From Candidatus Aenigmatarchaeota archaeon (GTDB lineage: Archaea; Aenigmatarchaeota; Aenigmatarchaeia; GW2011-AR5; JAGGXF01), in NCBI GenBank assembly GCA_021163205.1, contig JAGGXF010000003.1, positions 1,200 to 65,199 on the forward strand: 64,000 bases of DNA, read 5' to 3'. Shown piece after piece: positions 37,373 to 46,293 of the stretch (its first letter is position 1; each line of letters starts with the position of its first letter). The translations under genes and the position numbers were made by a program. The notes beneath the pieces are model-generated. The model had not been told where the DNA came from. It saw nothing but the letters and a program-made list of their open reading frames with translations, and did no database searches.

Positions 37373-37702
37373 CTATCCAACAAGTTCTTTGATTATTTTT
37401 TGACTTCCGCCGGGTTCTGCTATTGCAACAGCAGCACAGGAAACTTCAATGCCGGCAGCTCTTCCAAGCTCGCTTTTGCTTGGCACCTCCACGAGCGGTA
37501 TGTTTTTTTCTTCGCAAAGAGGTTTCAGATGCATAACTATTTCTGGTGGGTCAACATCCTTAGCAACAGCGACTAGCTTTGCTATGCCGCGTTCAACTGA
37601 CTTGGTAACTTCGTTTATACCCTTACGTATTTTTCCTGTTTCTCTTGCTATCTCAATAGCTTCCAAAGTTTTTTCAACTTTTTCATCTGCCATTTTTTCC
37701 AC
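37373..37702 (-). CDS. rpl7ae: 50S ribosomal protein L7Ae (K-turn binding; also C/D and H/ACA RNP component)
   Basis: [59 protein letters not shown]. Likely start MADEK at 37693. Confidence 0.85.
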   Translation of the reverse strand: MEKMADEKVEKTLEAIEIARETGKIRKGINEVTKSVERGIAKLVAVAKDVDPPEIVMHLKPLCEEKNIPLVEVPSKSELGRAAGIEVSCAAVAIAEPGGSQKIIKELVG

Positions 37703-37862
37703 CTCAGTATTGAGAATATTCGGTATTTAATACTGGTCTAAAAGTATTTAAATTCTAATTCTTTATTAAGATATGCCCAGAAAACGTTATTAACATGACT
37801 CTTCTGGGCTAGTCCATAAGAAATTTACGAAAAAAGAGCTAAAAAGATTAACTAAGTGTTGA

Positions 37863-38045
37863 GTGGTGTTTATCATGGAACCAAGCAAATTTCTGAAGGT
37901 TAAATGTAAAAAATGTAAGAACGAACAAATAATTTTTAACAAGGCATCAACACCTGTTAAGTGTCTTGTATGTGAAAGCGAGCTTCTAGAAACAACAGGC
38001 GGAAAATCAAAAATAAAGACAAGCATACTTGAAGTTCTCGACTGA
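37863..38045 (+). CDS. rps27e: 30S ribosomal protein S27e
   Basis: [42 protein letters not shown] is the S27e C4 zinc-finger pattern. Confidence 0.75.
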   Translation: MVFIMEPSKFLKVKCKKCKNEQIIFNKASTPVKCLVCESELLETTGGKSKIKTSILEVLD

Positions 38046-38838
38046 TTTGCAAGAAGTGAAAAAAATGATTATACCAAAACAAAAAGATTTTCCTAGGAAG
38101 GGTGAGTTAGTAATAGCCAAAATTATCAATGTCGGTCCATATTCTGCCTTTGCTGAGCTTGAGAATTATGATCATAAAGGTATGATACACATCTCAGAGG
38201 TATCTAGTGGGTGGGTTAGAGATATTAGAAGACATGTCAAAAAAGGCGATGTAGTTGTGCTCAAAGTATTAGATGTGAATGAAAAAAATGGTCATATTTC
38301 TTTATCTCTCAAGCGGGTGAACAAGAAGCAGAAATACGAAAAACTGAGGGAGCAAAAAATGGAGCAGAGGGCAATGAAAATGTTAGAGTTTGCAGCTGAG
38401 AAGCTCGGAAAGACCGTCGAAGAAGCGTATGATGAAATAGGGAAAAAAATAAGAGAAGAATTGGGAACGCTTTTTGCTGCCTTTAAGGAATCTCTGAGAA
38501 ACCCCGAAAAACTCAGGGCACATGGAATACCAGAAAAGTGGATAAAAGCCATCCGAGATGTTGCTGAAAAAAACATAACACAGAAAGAATTTGAACTCAA
38601 GGCAAAGCTGGATGTTATTAGCTATGATCCAAATGGACTAGACGCTGTTAAAAAAACGCTTCAAGAGGCTGAGAAGCTCGGGTTGTCCGTCTCTTATGTT
38701 TCATCCCCGACATATCTTGTTAAGTATGTTACAAAAGATGCTAAAAAGGGGGAAAAAATATTTATGAACAATCTAGAGAAAATCATTAAATTTGGAAAAA
38801 ATCTAAACGCCGTCGTAAGCTTTGAACGGATCAACTAG
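38029..38838 (+). CDS. eif2a: translation initiation factor 2 alpha subunit (aIF2-alpha); probable start MIIPKQ at ~38065
   Basis: S1 domain ([59 protein letters not shown]) followed by helical and alpha/beta domains. Confidence 0.8.
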   Translation: MKFSTDLQEVKKMIIPKQKDFPRKGELVIAKIINVGPYSAFAELENYDHKGMIHISEVSSGWVRDIRRHVKKGDVVVLKVLDVNEKNGHISLSLKRVNKKQKYEKLREQKMEQRAMKMLEFAAEKLGKTVEEAYDEIGKKIREELGTLFAAFKESLRNPEKLRAHGIPEKWIKAIRDVAEKNITQKEFELKAKLDVISYDPNGLDAVKKTLQEAEKLGLSVSYVSSPTYLVKYVTKDAKKGEKIFMNNLEKIIKFGKNLNAVVSFERIN

Positions 38839-38903
38839 CTCCAAGCGAGTAAGATACATAAGCTATAAGAGCATCGAAAATGACTGGGTGTGGCGTGATT
38901 AAT

Positions 38904-39056
38904 ATGCTACTTAGAAAATGCCCCAGATGTGGGTCTTATTCTCTGCGAGATAAATGCGAAAAATGCGACTCTGTCACACGAAACCCGCACCCTCCGAAAT
39001 TCTCTATAACAGATAAATACGCTAAATATCGCCAGAAAGCAAAGATGAAAATATAG
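38904..39056 (+). CDS. nop10: H/ACA RNP protein Nop10 (50 aa; absent from ORF track because <60 aa)
   Basis: Translation MLLRKCPRCGSYSLRDKCEKCDSVTRNPHPPKFSITDKYAKYRQKAKMKI matches the Nop10 zinc-ribbon plus PxxFSP..DKY..YR consensus. Canonical position after aIF2-alpha. Confidence 0.7.
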   Translation: MLLRKCPRCGSYSLRDKCEKCDSVTRNPHPPKFSITDKYAKYRQKAKMKI

Positions 39057-39259
39057 AATTTAGGTATATCCAAATCTTTTTAATTATACCCTTTGTGGCC
39101 CAAGACTTTGATGATCATTTATGCGGTTTTTCATCAATTTATCTGAACATTTATTGAGGTTATAGAGAAATGTCAGTTAAATATATATTCTAAAACGACT
39201 TTAAAGGATTGTAATAATTTTTATATACTAATACAGACACTTTATTTATAGGTGATTGC

Positions 39260-40036
39260 TTGCATCAGACAAGAATAAAAATGATTTATAAACCGCGCCT
39301 GAAGAACCCCCTTCTTATTGAAGGACTTCCGGGCGTTGGAAATGTGGGTAGGGTTGCTGCTGGTTATCTGATACATGAGCTTAGAGCAAAAAAAATTGCC
39401 GAGCTGTACTCACCGCATTTTCTCCCCCTTGTCGTTCTTCAGCCGAATTCACTCGTACATGTATTGAACATGGCATTCTATTTATACAAAGGAAGAAAAA
39501 GAGACATTGTGATACTGACGGGGGATAGTCAAAGCATAACACCATATGGCCACTATGAAATATGTGGCGAGATAATAAATCTCTGCAAAAAACTGAAGAT
39601 AAAAGAAATTATAACCCTTGGGGGCTTTGCGTCTGGAAGATCTCCAAAAACACCAAGAGTTATCGGAGCTACCAACTCAGAAAAGTTAATAGAGAAGTAC
39701 AAAAAATATAAAATAGATTTTTCGGGAAATCATAACATTGGTACAATTGTTGGTGCAAGCGGTCTATTACTTGGTCTTGGAAGAGCTGAAAATATAGATG
39801 GTCTTTGTCTTATGGGAGAAACTGTTGGATTTCCATTCTTGCTAACAGACCCAAAAGCAGCAGAGGCAATCCTCAAAGTTGTCACAAAGATATTAAACAT
39901 AAAAATTGATATGACCAAACTAGACGAGAGCGTAAAAGAGATGGAAGAATCGATCAAGAAAACAGAAAAGATACATCAGGAAATGCTCTCTCAGATAATA
40001 AAAGAACGGAAAACACCAACGCACTACATTGGTTGA
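39260..40036 (+). CDS. PAC2-family proteasome assembly chaperone-like protein
   Basis: 258 aa. N-terminus LLIEGLPGVGNVGRVAAGYLIHEL is typical of the archaeal PAC2 family. Conserved neighbour of aIF2alpha-Nop10. Confidence 0.6.
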   Translation: MHQTRIKMIYKPRLKNPLLIEGLPGVGNVGRVAAGYLIHELRAKKIAELYSPHFLPLVVLQPNSLVHVLNMAFYLYKGRKRDIVILTGDSQSITPYGHYEICGEIINLCKKLKIKEIITLGGFASGRSPKTPRVIGATNSEKLIEKYKKYKIDFSGNHNIGTIVGASGLLLGLGRAENIDGLCLMGETVGFPFLLTDPKAAEAILKVVTKILNIKIDMTKLDESVKEMEESIKKTEKIHQEMLSQIIKERKTPTHYIG

Positions 40037-40110
40037 GCAATAAGAACAAATAACAAAGACTTTTAAATATTTCTATTTTAATCTATATACCTAAGCTAGT
40101 TGGTGATTTT

Positions 40111-40302
40111 ATGATAAATAAAGAAGACTATACAAGATTCGAGCGAACACGTATCATATCTGCTAGAGCATTACAGATAGCTATGGGTGCTCCTATACTC
40201 GTTAAAACAAAATCCGGAGACCCGGCAGAAATCGCAAAACTGGAATTCGAGAAAGGTATTCTGCCGATAACAGTTAGAAGACATTTACCAGAGAAACAAT
40301 AA
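40111..40302 (+). CDS. rpoK: DNA-directed RNA polymerase subunit Rpo6 (RpoK)
   Basis: 63 aa. [24 protein letters not shown]...[21 protein letters not shown] matches the Rpb6/RpoK core. Confidence 0.7.
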   Translation: MINKEDYTRFERTRIISARALQIAMGAPILVKTKSGDPAEIAKLEFEKGILPITVRRHLPEKQ

Positions 40303-40528
40303 CCACGCTGTTGACTTTTTTGAAATCTCTATCACCACGTGACTCATCTTCATATTTCTCATCTGTCGCTGTACATACGCGAAGGGGATGAACAAAGTAA
40401 AAAGACCGAGAATAAGGCACGCATTCGACTTTTAGTTCTTTCTCGTTGTGCTTTTTTTGAAGGTGGCTTAATAACGATAACTATTAATACTTTTTCTTAT
40501 TTTAAATGCTATCAGCAGCGGTGGTCTT

Positions 40529-40645
40529 ATGGACGACGAGTTTGATGACATGGAACTAGAAGACGACGAGTTTGATGATGACTTTGATGACGAAGACTAT
40601 TTCGATGAGGACGATATTGACGACGAAGATGAAGATGATCTCTGA
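40529..40645 (+). CDS. candidate 38-aa hyper-acidic microprotein (MDDEFDDMELEDDEFDDDFDDEDYFDEDDIDDEDEDDL)
   Basis: Uninterrupted ATG..TGA frame. GGTGG Shine-Dalgarno-like motif 5 nt upstream. Internal DDEFDD duplication. Not in ORF track (<60 aa). Speculative. Confidence 0.25.
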   Translation: MDDEFDDMELEDDEFDDDFDDEDYFDEDDIDDEDEDDL

Positions 40646-40726
40646 TTAGAATGTCTTTGTCACCAAAAGTCAGAGTTTTATTCTCTTTTTTAATTCAGAT
40701 TACCCAATTTCTCAACAAGCCCAATT

Positions 40727-40818
40727 ATGACACGTATATCTGATTATGACATAAGAAGAATACACATGATATGGGTTGTTGAGAATCTCTTGAGCTCACC
40801 AGAGCTAATTTTCATTGC
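40727..40818 (+). repeat. ~90-bp intergenic repeat element, copy B (46-nt perfect core 40773-40818)
   Basis: See copy A at 29487-29576. Same orientation on + strand. Lies 62 nt upstream of the Trm112-like gene start. Confidence 0.85.
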
Positions 40819-40880
40819 GTTTGTCAGGTTCGCTGGGTAATATTATAAACAATAAATTTCTTACTACTAATGGTTTTAAT

Positions 40881-41045
40881 ATGGTATCTAGAAAATTGTT
40901 GGACATTCTAGCCTGCCCAAAATGCAAGAAACCGATAGACTATGATAAAGAAAATAATCAACTAATTTGTCACAGATGTAGATTAAAGTTTAAAGTAAAA
41001 GATGAGATTCCGGATATGTTGCTGGAAGACGCAGAAGCATTTTAG
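40881..41045 (+). CDS. Trm112-like small zinc-finger protein (DUF343)
   Basis: MVSRKLLDILACPKCKKPIDYDKENNQLICHRCRLKFKVKDEIPDMLLEDAEAF matches the Trm112/YbaR pattern (LLxILxCPxC...L.C..C...YP..DGIPxML). Confidence 0.6.
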   Translation: MVSRKLLDILACPKCKKPIDYDKENNQLICHRCRLKFKVKDEIPDMLLEDAEAF

Positions 41046-41047
41046 GT

Positions 41048-41195
41048 GCTGGGGTAGCCAAGTCAGGTCCAAGGCGCCAGCTTGGAGTTTAAAACAGAAA
41101 GCTGGTGAGCTTCGGCTCGCGTGGGTTCAAACCACCCCCTACGAGTTCGTCACTTAGTCGTAGACGGAGGGGGTGTGAAAATCCCATCCCCAGCG
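41048..41195 (+). tRNA. tRNA-Ser(GGA), class II, 148 nt, with two putative introns (anticodon loop ~12 nt; T-loop ~51 nt)
   Basis: Acceptor GCTGGGG/CCCCAGC plus G73. D-arm GCC-AAGTCAGGTCCAA-GGC. Anticodon stem CCAGC/GCTGG with loop TTGGA(G) interrupted by TTTAAAACAGAA. Variable arm TGAGCTTCGGCTCG. The T-arm 5' half GTGGGTTCAAA is separated from its 3' half TCCCAT by ~51 nt. That insert includes a CACCCCC/GGGGGTG helix. The intron-free tRNA at 57476 has the same T-arm uninterrupted. Confidence 0.6.
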
Positions 41196-41249
41196 TTGAA
41201 AGATTTAAAAAGCTTTGTGTAAAATCTTAATGAATTGGGGTTGTTACGA

Positions 41250-41783
41250 ATGGCACTAAGACCAGCAAAATGTTATAGAAAGGTGCATCGCGCCTACACA
41301 AGAGTATCAAGAAGAAAACCTAGGAAAAGCTATGTCAAGGGTGTTCCTGGCTCTAAAATTCACCAATTCGAGATGGGCGAAAAAGGAAAATATGACTATG
41401 TCCTATATCTCGTAGCTAAACAATCCGTGCAAATAAGGCACAATGCTCTTGAGGCTGCAAGAATGGCAGTCACACAACACATAACGAAGAGACTAGGTAA
41501 GGGAAAAAGCTATTTTTTCAAGGTTAGACCATATCCTCATCAGGTTCTGCGCGAAAATCCTCTGGCAACCGGTGCCGGAGCTGACAGGTTTCAACAGGGT
41601 ATGAGAATGTCATTCGGCAGACCCATAGGAACTGCAGCCATAGTTAAGCCAGACCAGAAGATATTAGAGCTTCATATAAACAACTCCGGGCTCGCTGTTG
41701 CCAAAAAGGCGTTGAAGATTGCCGCCCACAAACTCCCCACAACCACAAGGATAGTGATAGAAGAAACTAAAACAAATAAATAA
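41250..41783 (+). CDS. rpl10e: 50S ribosomal protein L10e (uL16)
   Basis: MALRPAKCYRKVHRAYTRVSRRKPRKSYVKGVPGSKIHQFEMG is the L10e N-terminal consensus. Confidence 0.85.
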   Translation: MALRPAKCYRKVHRAYTRVSRRKPRKSYVKGVPGSKIHQFEMGEKGKYDYVLYLVAKQSVQIRHNALEAARMAVTQHITKRLGKGKSYFFKVRPYPHQVLRENPLATGAGADRFQQGMRMSFGRPIGTAAIVKPDQKILELHINNSGLAVAKKALKIAAHKLPTTTRIVIEETKTNK

Positions 41784-41833
41784 GAGGCTGAAATAAAACG
41801 AGATTTAAAGTTGTAAAAAAACGATGATAACAC

Positions 41834-42067
41834 ATGAAGCATAAATTTTCATTCTTAGAAGTGGTCTTTCTTAAGTGTCCAAAATGCGGCAATGTGATAG
41901 TAGAACCGTCTTGGCTTTCTGATATAGACCAAGACTTTCAGTGTGCCGACTGCGGCGAATTCTTTTCTGCGAAGAATAACGAGCTAGATAGAAAAATGTT
42001 GAAATTTGCTATTGATGAAGACGAAAGGATAGAAAACGTGTCCTTTGAAGATTCTAAAAAGGTATAA
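41834..42067 (+). CDS. small zinc-ribbon protein, unknown function
   Basis: 77 aa with CPKCG...CADCG (C4 ribbon). Confidence 0.4.
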   Translation: MKHKFSFLEVVFLKCPKCGNVIVEPSWLSDIDQDFQCADCGEFFSAKNNELDRKMLKFAIDEDERIENVSFEDSKKV

Positions 42068-42212
42068 AAATTTCAAAGCAACCCTTTTTGGCATTTAAGT
42101 TTTTTGTTATGAAAACAGGGCTCGGGTTTCTCTTGAGGATTGAATCAAGAGGGCATTTGTACTTTTCAAATCTCTTAACCAATGAACCTTGTTATGCGCC
42201 TCGTTATATGTT

Positions 42213-43052
42213 TCATTGTATTATGATCCCAGCGTAGCTTACAAAAGAGTCAGAAGGACTTACCTCTAGACTGGTTTTATATTCTATAAGTTTACCTTTC
42301 TTCGCCCGAATTTTTTTCATTACAAGGAGCATGAGAGTTATCGGCACTGCTCCACAAACAGTACACCCATTCTCTTGTATAGTGTCCCAGAATTTTTGTG
42401 GCTTGAGTTCGCATATATAAGTTATCAATTCTTTGTCCATTTTTTTTACGAATTTGATTTGCTCCACCGGGTTTCCTTTTTTTGGTTCGTAGCCATACAT
42501 CGGCCCAAAGTGTGTAAAATCAGATGAAATAACAAAGAAACATTTCTTGCACACAGATGCAAAGGTTTCAGCGATCTTTTCCAATGTTGAATATGTCACG
42601 AGTTGCAGACACACCGGAACGATGCGCAAATCAATAGAACGCTTTTTTGCAAGGTATTGAAGAAATGGCAATTCAACTTCTATTGAATGCTCTCTACTAT
42701 GTGCAGTTTCATCAACACGAATTGTGAAATTTTCGCAAAGTTTTTGTATTGTTTCTGTATCGGTCTTGATTTCCCCGAGAGGAGTTATCCATGTCTGCTT
42801 ACTCAAAGCAACAGGATAACCAAGACCGGTGTGATTTGGCCCTATGATAACAACAGGACTTTTTATAGCTTTCTCTGCTACTAGCATTGTTTTGGCAGTT
42901 ACAGAACCAGAATATATATAACCAGCGTGTGGCACAATAACTGCTTTTACATTGTCAACCCTCTTCACCCTTGTGTTAAATAGTTCTTGAAGGGTTCTTT
43001 GAAGGGTTTCATTACCACCGGGATAAAAACCAATGGCAACAGGTTCTCTCAT
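42213..43052 (-). CDS. MEMO1-family protein (AmmeMemoRadiSam system protein B-like)
   Basis: 279 aa. MREPVAIGFYPG...KAVIVPHAGYIYSGSVTAKTM...VVIIGPNHTGLG are the MEMO/extradiol-dioxygenase-B fold signature blocks. Confidence 0.7.
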   Translation of the reverse strand: MREPVAIGFYPGGNETLQRTLQELFNTRVKRVDNVKAVIVPHAGYIYSGSVTAKTMLVAEKAIKSPVVIIGPNHTGLGYPVALSKQTWITPLGEIKTDTETIQKLCENFTIRVDETAHSREHSIEVELPFLQYLAKKRSIDLRIVPVCLQLVTYSTLEKIAETFASVCKKCFFVISSDFTHFGPMYGYEPKKGNPVEQIKFVKKMDKELITYICELKPQKFWDTIQENGCTVCGAVPITLMLLVMKKIRAKKGKLIEYKTSLEVSPSDSFVSYAGIIIQ

Positions 43053-43149
43053 ATTATCATCTTTATATTTTATGAAACATCTCTTATAGACGAACTTATT
43101 CTATATATCTCAGTTAAACTTTATTTAATTTCCTATATAAGTATTTTTC

Positions 43150-44841
43150 ATGTTATACAGAGAGCTTGTAGATATCTACAAGCGACTGGAAGCAACAACC
43201 AAAAAACTGGAAAAGGTAGATATTCTTAGTCGGTTCTTTTCAAAGGTGAAAAAAGAAGACCTTGCTAATGTTGTTCTTCTGTCGGCTGGAATTGTTTTTC
43301 CAAAGGTTGAACAAAAAGATCTGGGCATTGCTCTGGAGATGATGAAAAGAATTGTACAGAAGGTCGCTGGGGTTGATAAGGCAGAATTCAACAAAATTTA
43401 CAAAAAAACCGGTGACATGGGATTTACCGCTAAAGAGCTTATCAAAAACAAAAAACAACGCTCTCTTGGAAAGAAAGAGCTTACGGTAGAAATGGTTGTC
43501 ACAAACCTGAGAAGACTGCCTGCGATAGAAGGATGTGGAAGCCAAGAAAGGAAGATTTCTCTCGTTTCAGAGCTCCTATCAAATGCCAACCCAGATGAAG
43601 CTATGTATCTCGTGAGGACTATTCTTGGAGAAATGCGTATAGGCGTTGCTGAGGGTATAATAAGAGATAGCATAGCCAAGGCTTTCGATGTTAGCCCAGA
43701 AGATGTCGAACACGCATACAATCTTTTGAATGATTATGGTATGGTTGCAGAAATGGCAGCTGATAAAAAGCTTTCTGGCCTTGCTGTTAAGATAGGCAAA
43801 CCAATACGTGTCATGCTTGCTGAAAAAGCCCCGGATCTTAAGACCGCGCTAGAGAGTTTTAAAAACCCGGCTCTAGAAATAAAGCTAGACGGCTTCCGGG
43901 TGCAAATTCATAAAAAAGGAAAAAAAATCTGGATATTTTCCCGTCGGATGGATGATGTCACAAAGCAGTTTCCAGAAGTTGTTAAATGGGCGCGAGAGGC
44001 TATAAAAACAGATGTCTGTATAGTTGAAGGGGAAACGATTGCTGTCGACCTAAAGACTGGAAAACCCTTACCGTTTCAGCACTTGTCAAGGCGCATACAA
44101 AGAAAGTATGACATAGAGAAGATGGTCAGAGAAATACCTGCTCAGGTCAATCTTTTTGAGTTAATATACATAGGCAATAAAAACTATATGAATGAACCTC
44201 TGCGAAAAAGATGGTCAAAGCTTAGAAGTATTGTGAAGGAGATAAAAGGAAAATTTGTTCTGGTGGAACATATAGAAACCAATGACTATAATGAAGCAGA
44301 GAAATTCTACAAAAGATCGCTTTCTATGGGTGAAGAGGGAGTTATGGTCAAGAACCTTGATGCTGTTTATCAGCCCGGAAAGCGCGTTGGCTATTGGCTT
44401 AAGGTTAAGCCCATTATGGAACCTCTGGATTTGGTAATCATAGGTGCAGAGTGGGGAACAGGAAAGCGTGCTGGTTGGTTTGGCTCCTTCCTTCTCGGTG
44501 CCAGGAATGGTGATAAATTTGTTCCTGTTGGAAAGCTGGGGACAGGACTCTCTGACAAAGAGTTTAAAACCATGACAAAAAAACTGAAGAAGCTTATCAT
44601 AGAAGAAAAGGGAAGAAATGTTAAATTCAGACCAGAAGTTGTCATAGAAGTTGCCTATGAGGAGATACAAAAAAGTCCTAACTATGAGTCTGGTTTTGCG
44701 CTACGGTTTCCTCGTATGCTCCGTATCCGTGACCCAGAAGACAAAGGACCGGGGGATGCTGACACGATAGCTAGAATCAAAAAGCTTTATAATCAGCAAA
44801 AAGGACGTCAGTCTAAAGAGCGAGGAAGTCAAGCAAAGTGA
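43150..44841 (+). CDS. lig: ATP-dependent DNA ligase
   Basis: 563 aa. Adenylation motif I EIKLDGFRVQIHK (KxDGxR). Also motifs III, IV (EGVMVK) and V (WLKVK), plus an OB domain. Confidence 0.9.
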   Translation: MLYRELVDIYKRLEATTKKLEKVDILSRFFSKVKKEDLANVVLLSAGIVFPKVEQKDLGIALEMMKRIVQKVAGVDKAEFNKIYKKTGDMGFTAKELIKNKKQRSLGKKELTVEMVVTNLRRLPAIEGCGSQERKISLVSELLSNANPDEAMYLVRTILGEMRIGVAEGIIRDSIAKAFDVSPEDVEHAYNLLNDYGMVAEMAADKKLSGLAVKIGKPIRVMLAEKAPDLKTALESFKNPALEIKLDGFRVQIHKKGKKIWIFSRRMDDVTKQFPEVVKWAREAIKTDVCIVEGETIAVDLKTGKPLPFQHLSRRIQRKYDIEKMVREIPAQVNLFELIYIGNKNYMNEPLRKRWSKLRSIVKEIKGKFVLVEHIETNDYNEAEKFYKRSLSMGEEGVMVKNLDAVYQPGKRVGYWLKVKPIMEPLDLVIIGAEWGTGKRAGWFGSFLLGARNGDKFVPVGKLGTGLSDKEFKTMTKKLKKLIIEEKGRNVKFRPEVVIEVAYEEIQKSPNYESGFALRFPRMLRIRDPEDKGPGDADTIARIKKLYNQQKGRQSKERGSQAK

Positions 44842-44876
44842 ATCATGTAGTTCTAAAGAATCAAAGTGTGTGCTAA

Positions 44877-46253
44877 CTAGACTTTGATGCTTTTCACGAG
44901 CCTAATTCCATCTGTTAGAAGTTTATTTGCTTTTTTTTCATTCATTGACTCACAAGTGATTCGTATTAAATGTTCTGTGCCGCTGGGTCTTATCAACATG
45001 AACGAGTCTTTCCAGTCCAACCTAATGCCATCTATCTCGTTGATTGTAGCATCTTTATATTTATTTTTGAGCGTTGCTATTATTTTGGCCATGCTTTCTT
45101 TTTTGTTTTTTACCTCAACTTTTCCCTTCTTAAGATAAAATTTCGGGAATTTTTCTATTGTCTCTCTTATCTCGCTTGTTTTGATCATGTTACTGAAAAG
45201 CCAGAGTAGAGAGTACGTTGGCCCAGGACCGGGCAAGAACTCTCTGGAAAAAAGATGTCCACATTGTTCTACCGCTGTTTGCCCGTCTTGCCTTAACATC
45301 TCATATGTTATTGACACATCACCTACTCTGGTTTTGAAAAGTTGGCCACCAGCATCTGCAACCATAATATCTATTATTTTCGATGCGTCTATGTTTGTGG
45401 AGACCTTTTTATTGTTAAGAACTTTACATCGTTTCCACGCAAAAAATGCACAGAATTCGTTTAGTGGAACAAAGCCCTCTTTATCAATCAACGCAATTCT
45501 GTCACCATCCCCGTCATATGCTATGCCAAAATCAGCGTTGTTTTTTTTGACAGTTTCTATCGTTTTCTGTAGCGTCGATTCGGTGGGTTCTGGCGAACGA
45601 CCCGGGAAAGAGCCATCTGGTGTTTCATTCATCTCAAGAACATCAAAGCCCAGCTCTTTATAGAATTCCGATAGCCGCGTTGCCGCACCGTTCGCCATAT
45701 CGAGAACTATTTTATAATCCATGTCCAGCTTTGGAAGCATATTTTTTATTTCTTTTGTGAATATCTCAATACCATTTATCTTTTCTATCTCTGGTTTTTC
45801 TTTTGCTTCTATAATCTTTATCGATTCAAAAATCTTTTCAAACTCATCTTCTTCGTCGCTGTAAAATGCTATTCCACGTGGATTGAAAAATTTAAACCCA
45901 TTGTAATCTGGTGGGTTGTGGGACGCTGTTATCATAACCCCGAACGACCTGAACTTTTTGGACATGAGTGCGAGGCATGGTGTCGGAACTATTCCAAAAT
46001 CCTTCACATTAATATCGGTATCTAGACCTGATATGAAAGCTCGCTTGAGCATATTGTTGCTTAGTCTTGTATCTGTTGCTAGACAGATACTCTCCCCCCC
46101 ATATTTCTCTACTAATTTGCTTGTCACAGACCCTATCTTTCTGGCAAATTTCTCATTTATTTCTTCCGGGACCAATCCCCTTATTCCTGCGGAACCAAAC
46201 ATCGACATAAAAACACCTTTAATTTTTGGCAGATGATATAAAAATAAAGTCAT
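44877..46253 (-). CDS. glmM: phosphoglucosamine/phosphomannomutase (alpha-D-phosphohexomutase family)
   Basis: Active-site serine loop ITASHNPPDYNGFKF. Metal-binding DGDGDR. Sugar-binding GTEH-like. Likely start MSMFGSAGIRG at ~46211. Confidence 0.8.
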   Translation of the reverse strand: MTLFLYHLPKIKGVFMSMFGSAGIRGLVPEEINEKFARKIGSVTSKLVEKYGGESICLATDTRLSNNMLKRAFISGLDTDINVKDFGIVPTPCLALMSKKFRSFGVMITASHNPPDYNGFKFFNPRGIAFYSDEEDEFEKIFESIKIIEAKEKPEIEKINGIEIFTKEIKNMLPKLDMDYKIVLDMANGAATRLSEFYKELGFDVLEMNETPDGSFPGRSPEPTESTLQKTIETVKKNNADFGIAYDGDGDRIALIDKEGFVPLNEFCAFFAWKRCKVLNNKKVSTNIDASKIIDIMVADAGGQLFKTRVGDVSITYEMLRQDGQTAVEQCGHLFSREFLPGPGPTYSLLWLFSNMIKTSEIRETIEKFPKFYLKKGKVEVKNKKESMAKIIATLKNKYKDATINEIDGIRLDWKDSFMLIRPSGTEHLIRITCESMNEKKANKLLTDGIRLVKSIKV

Positions 46254-46293
46254 TTCGAAATGTCTATGTGAATATTTTTTAGCGATTTGTTAT

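Noticed and set aside
39090-39150. Possible C/D-box sRNA (TTGATGA ... CTGA) just downstream of nop10
   Set aside because: Only one C-like and one D-like box ~30 nt apart. No D'/C' boxes or terminal stem/K-turn could be drawn, so it is too weak to call.
40339-40545. 68-aa ORF between rpoK and the acidic micro-ORF
   Set aside because: Sequence (MTHLHISHLSLYIREGDEQ...) is featureless and overlaps the more distinctive acidic frame. Likely non-coding.
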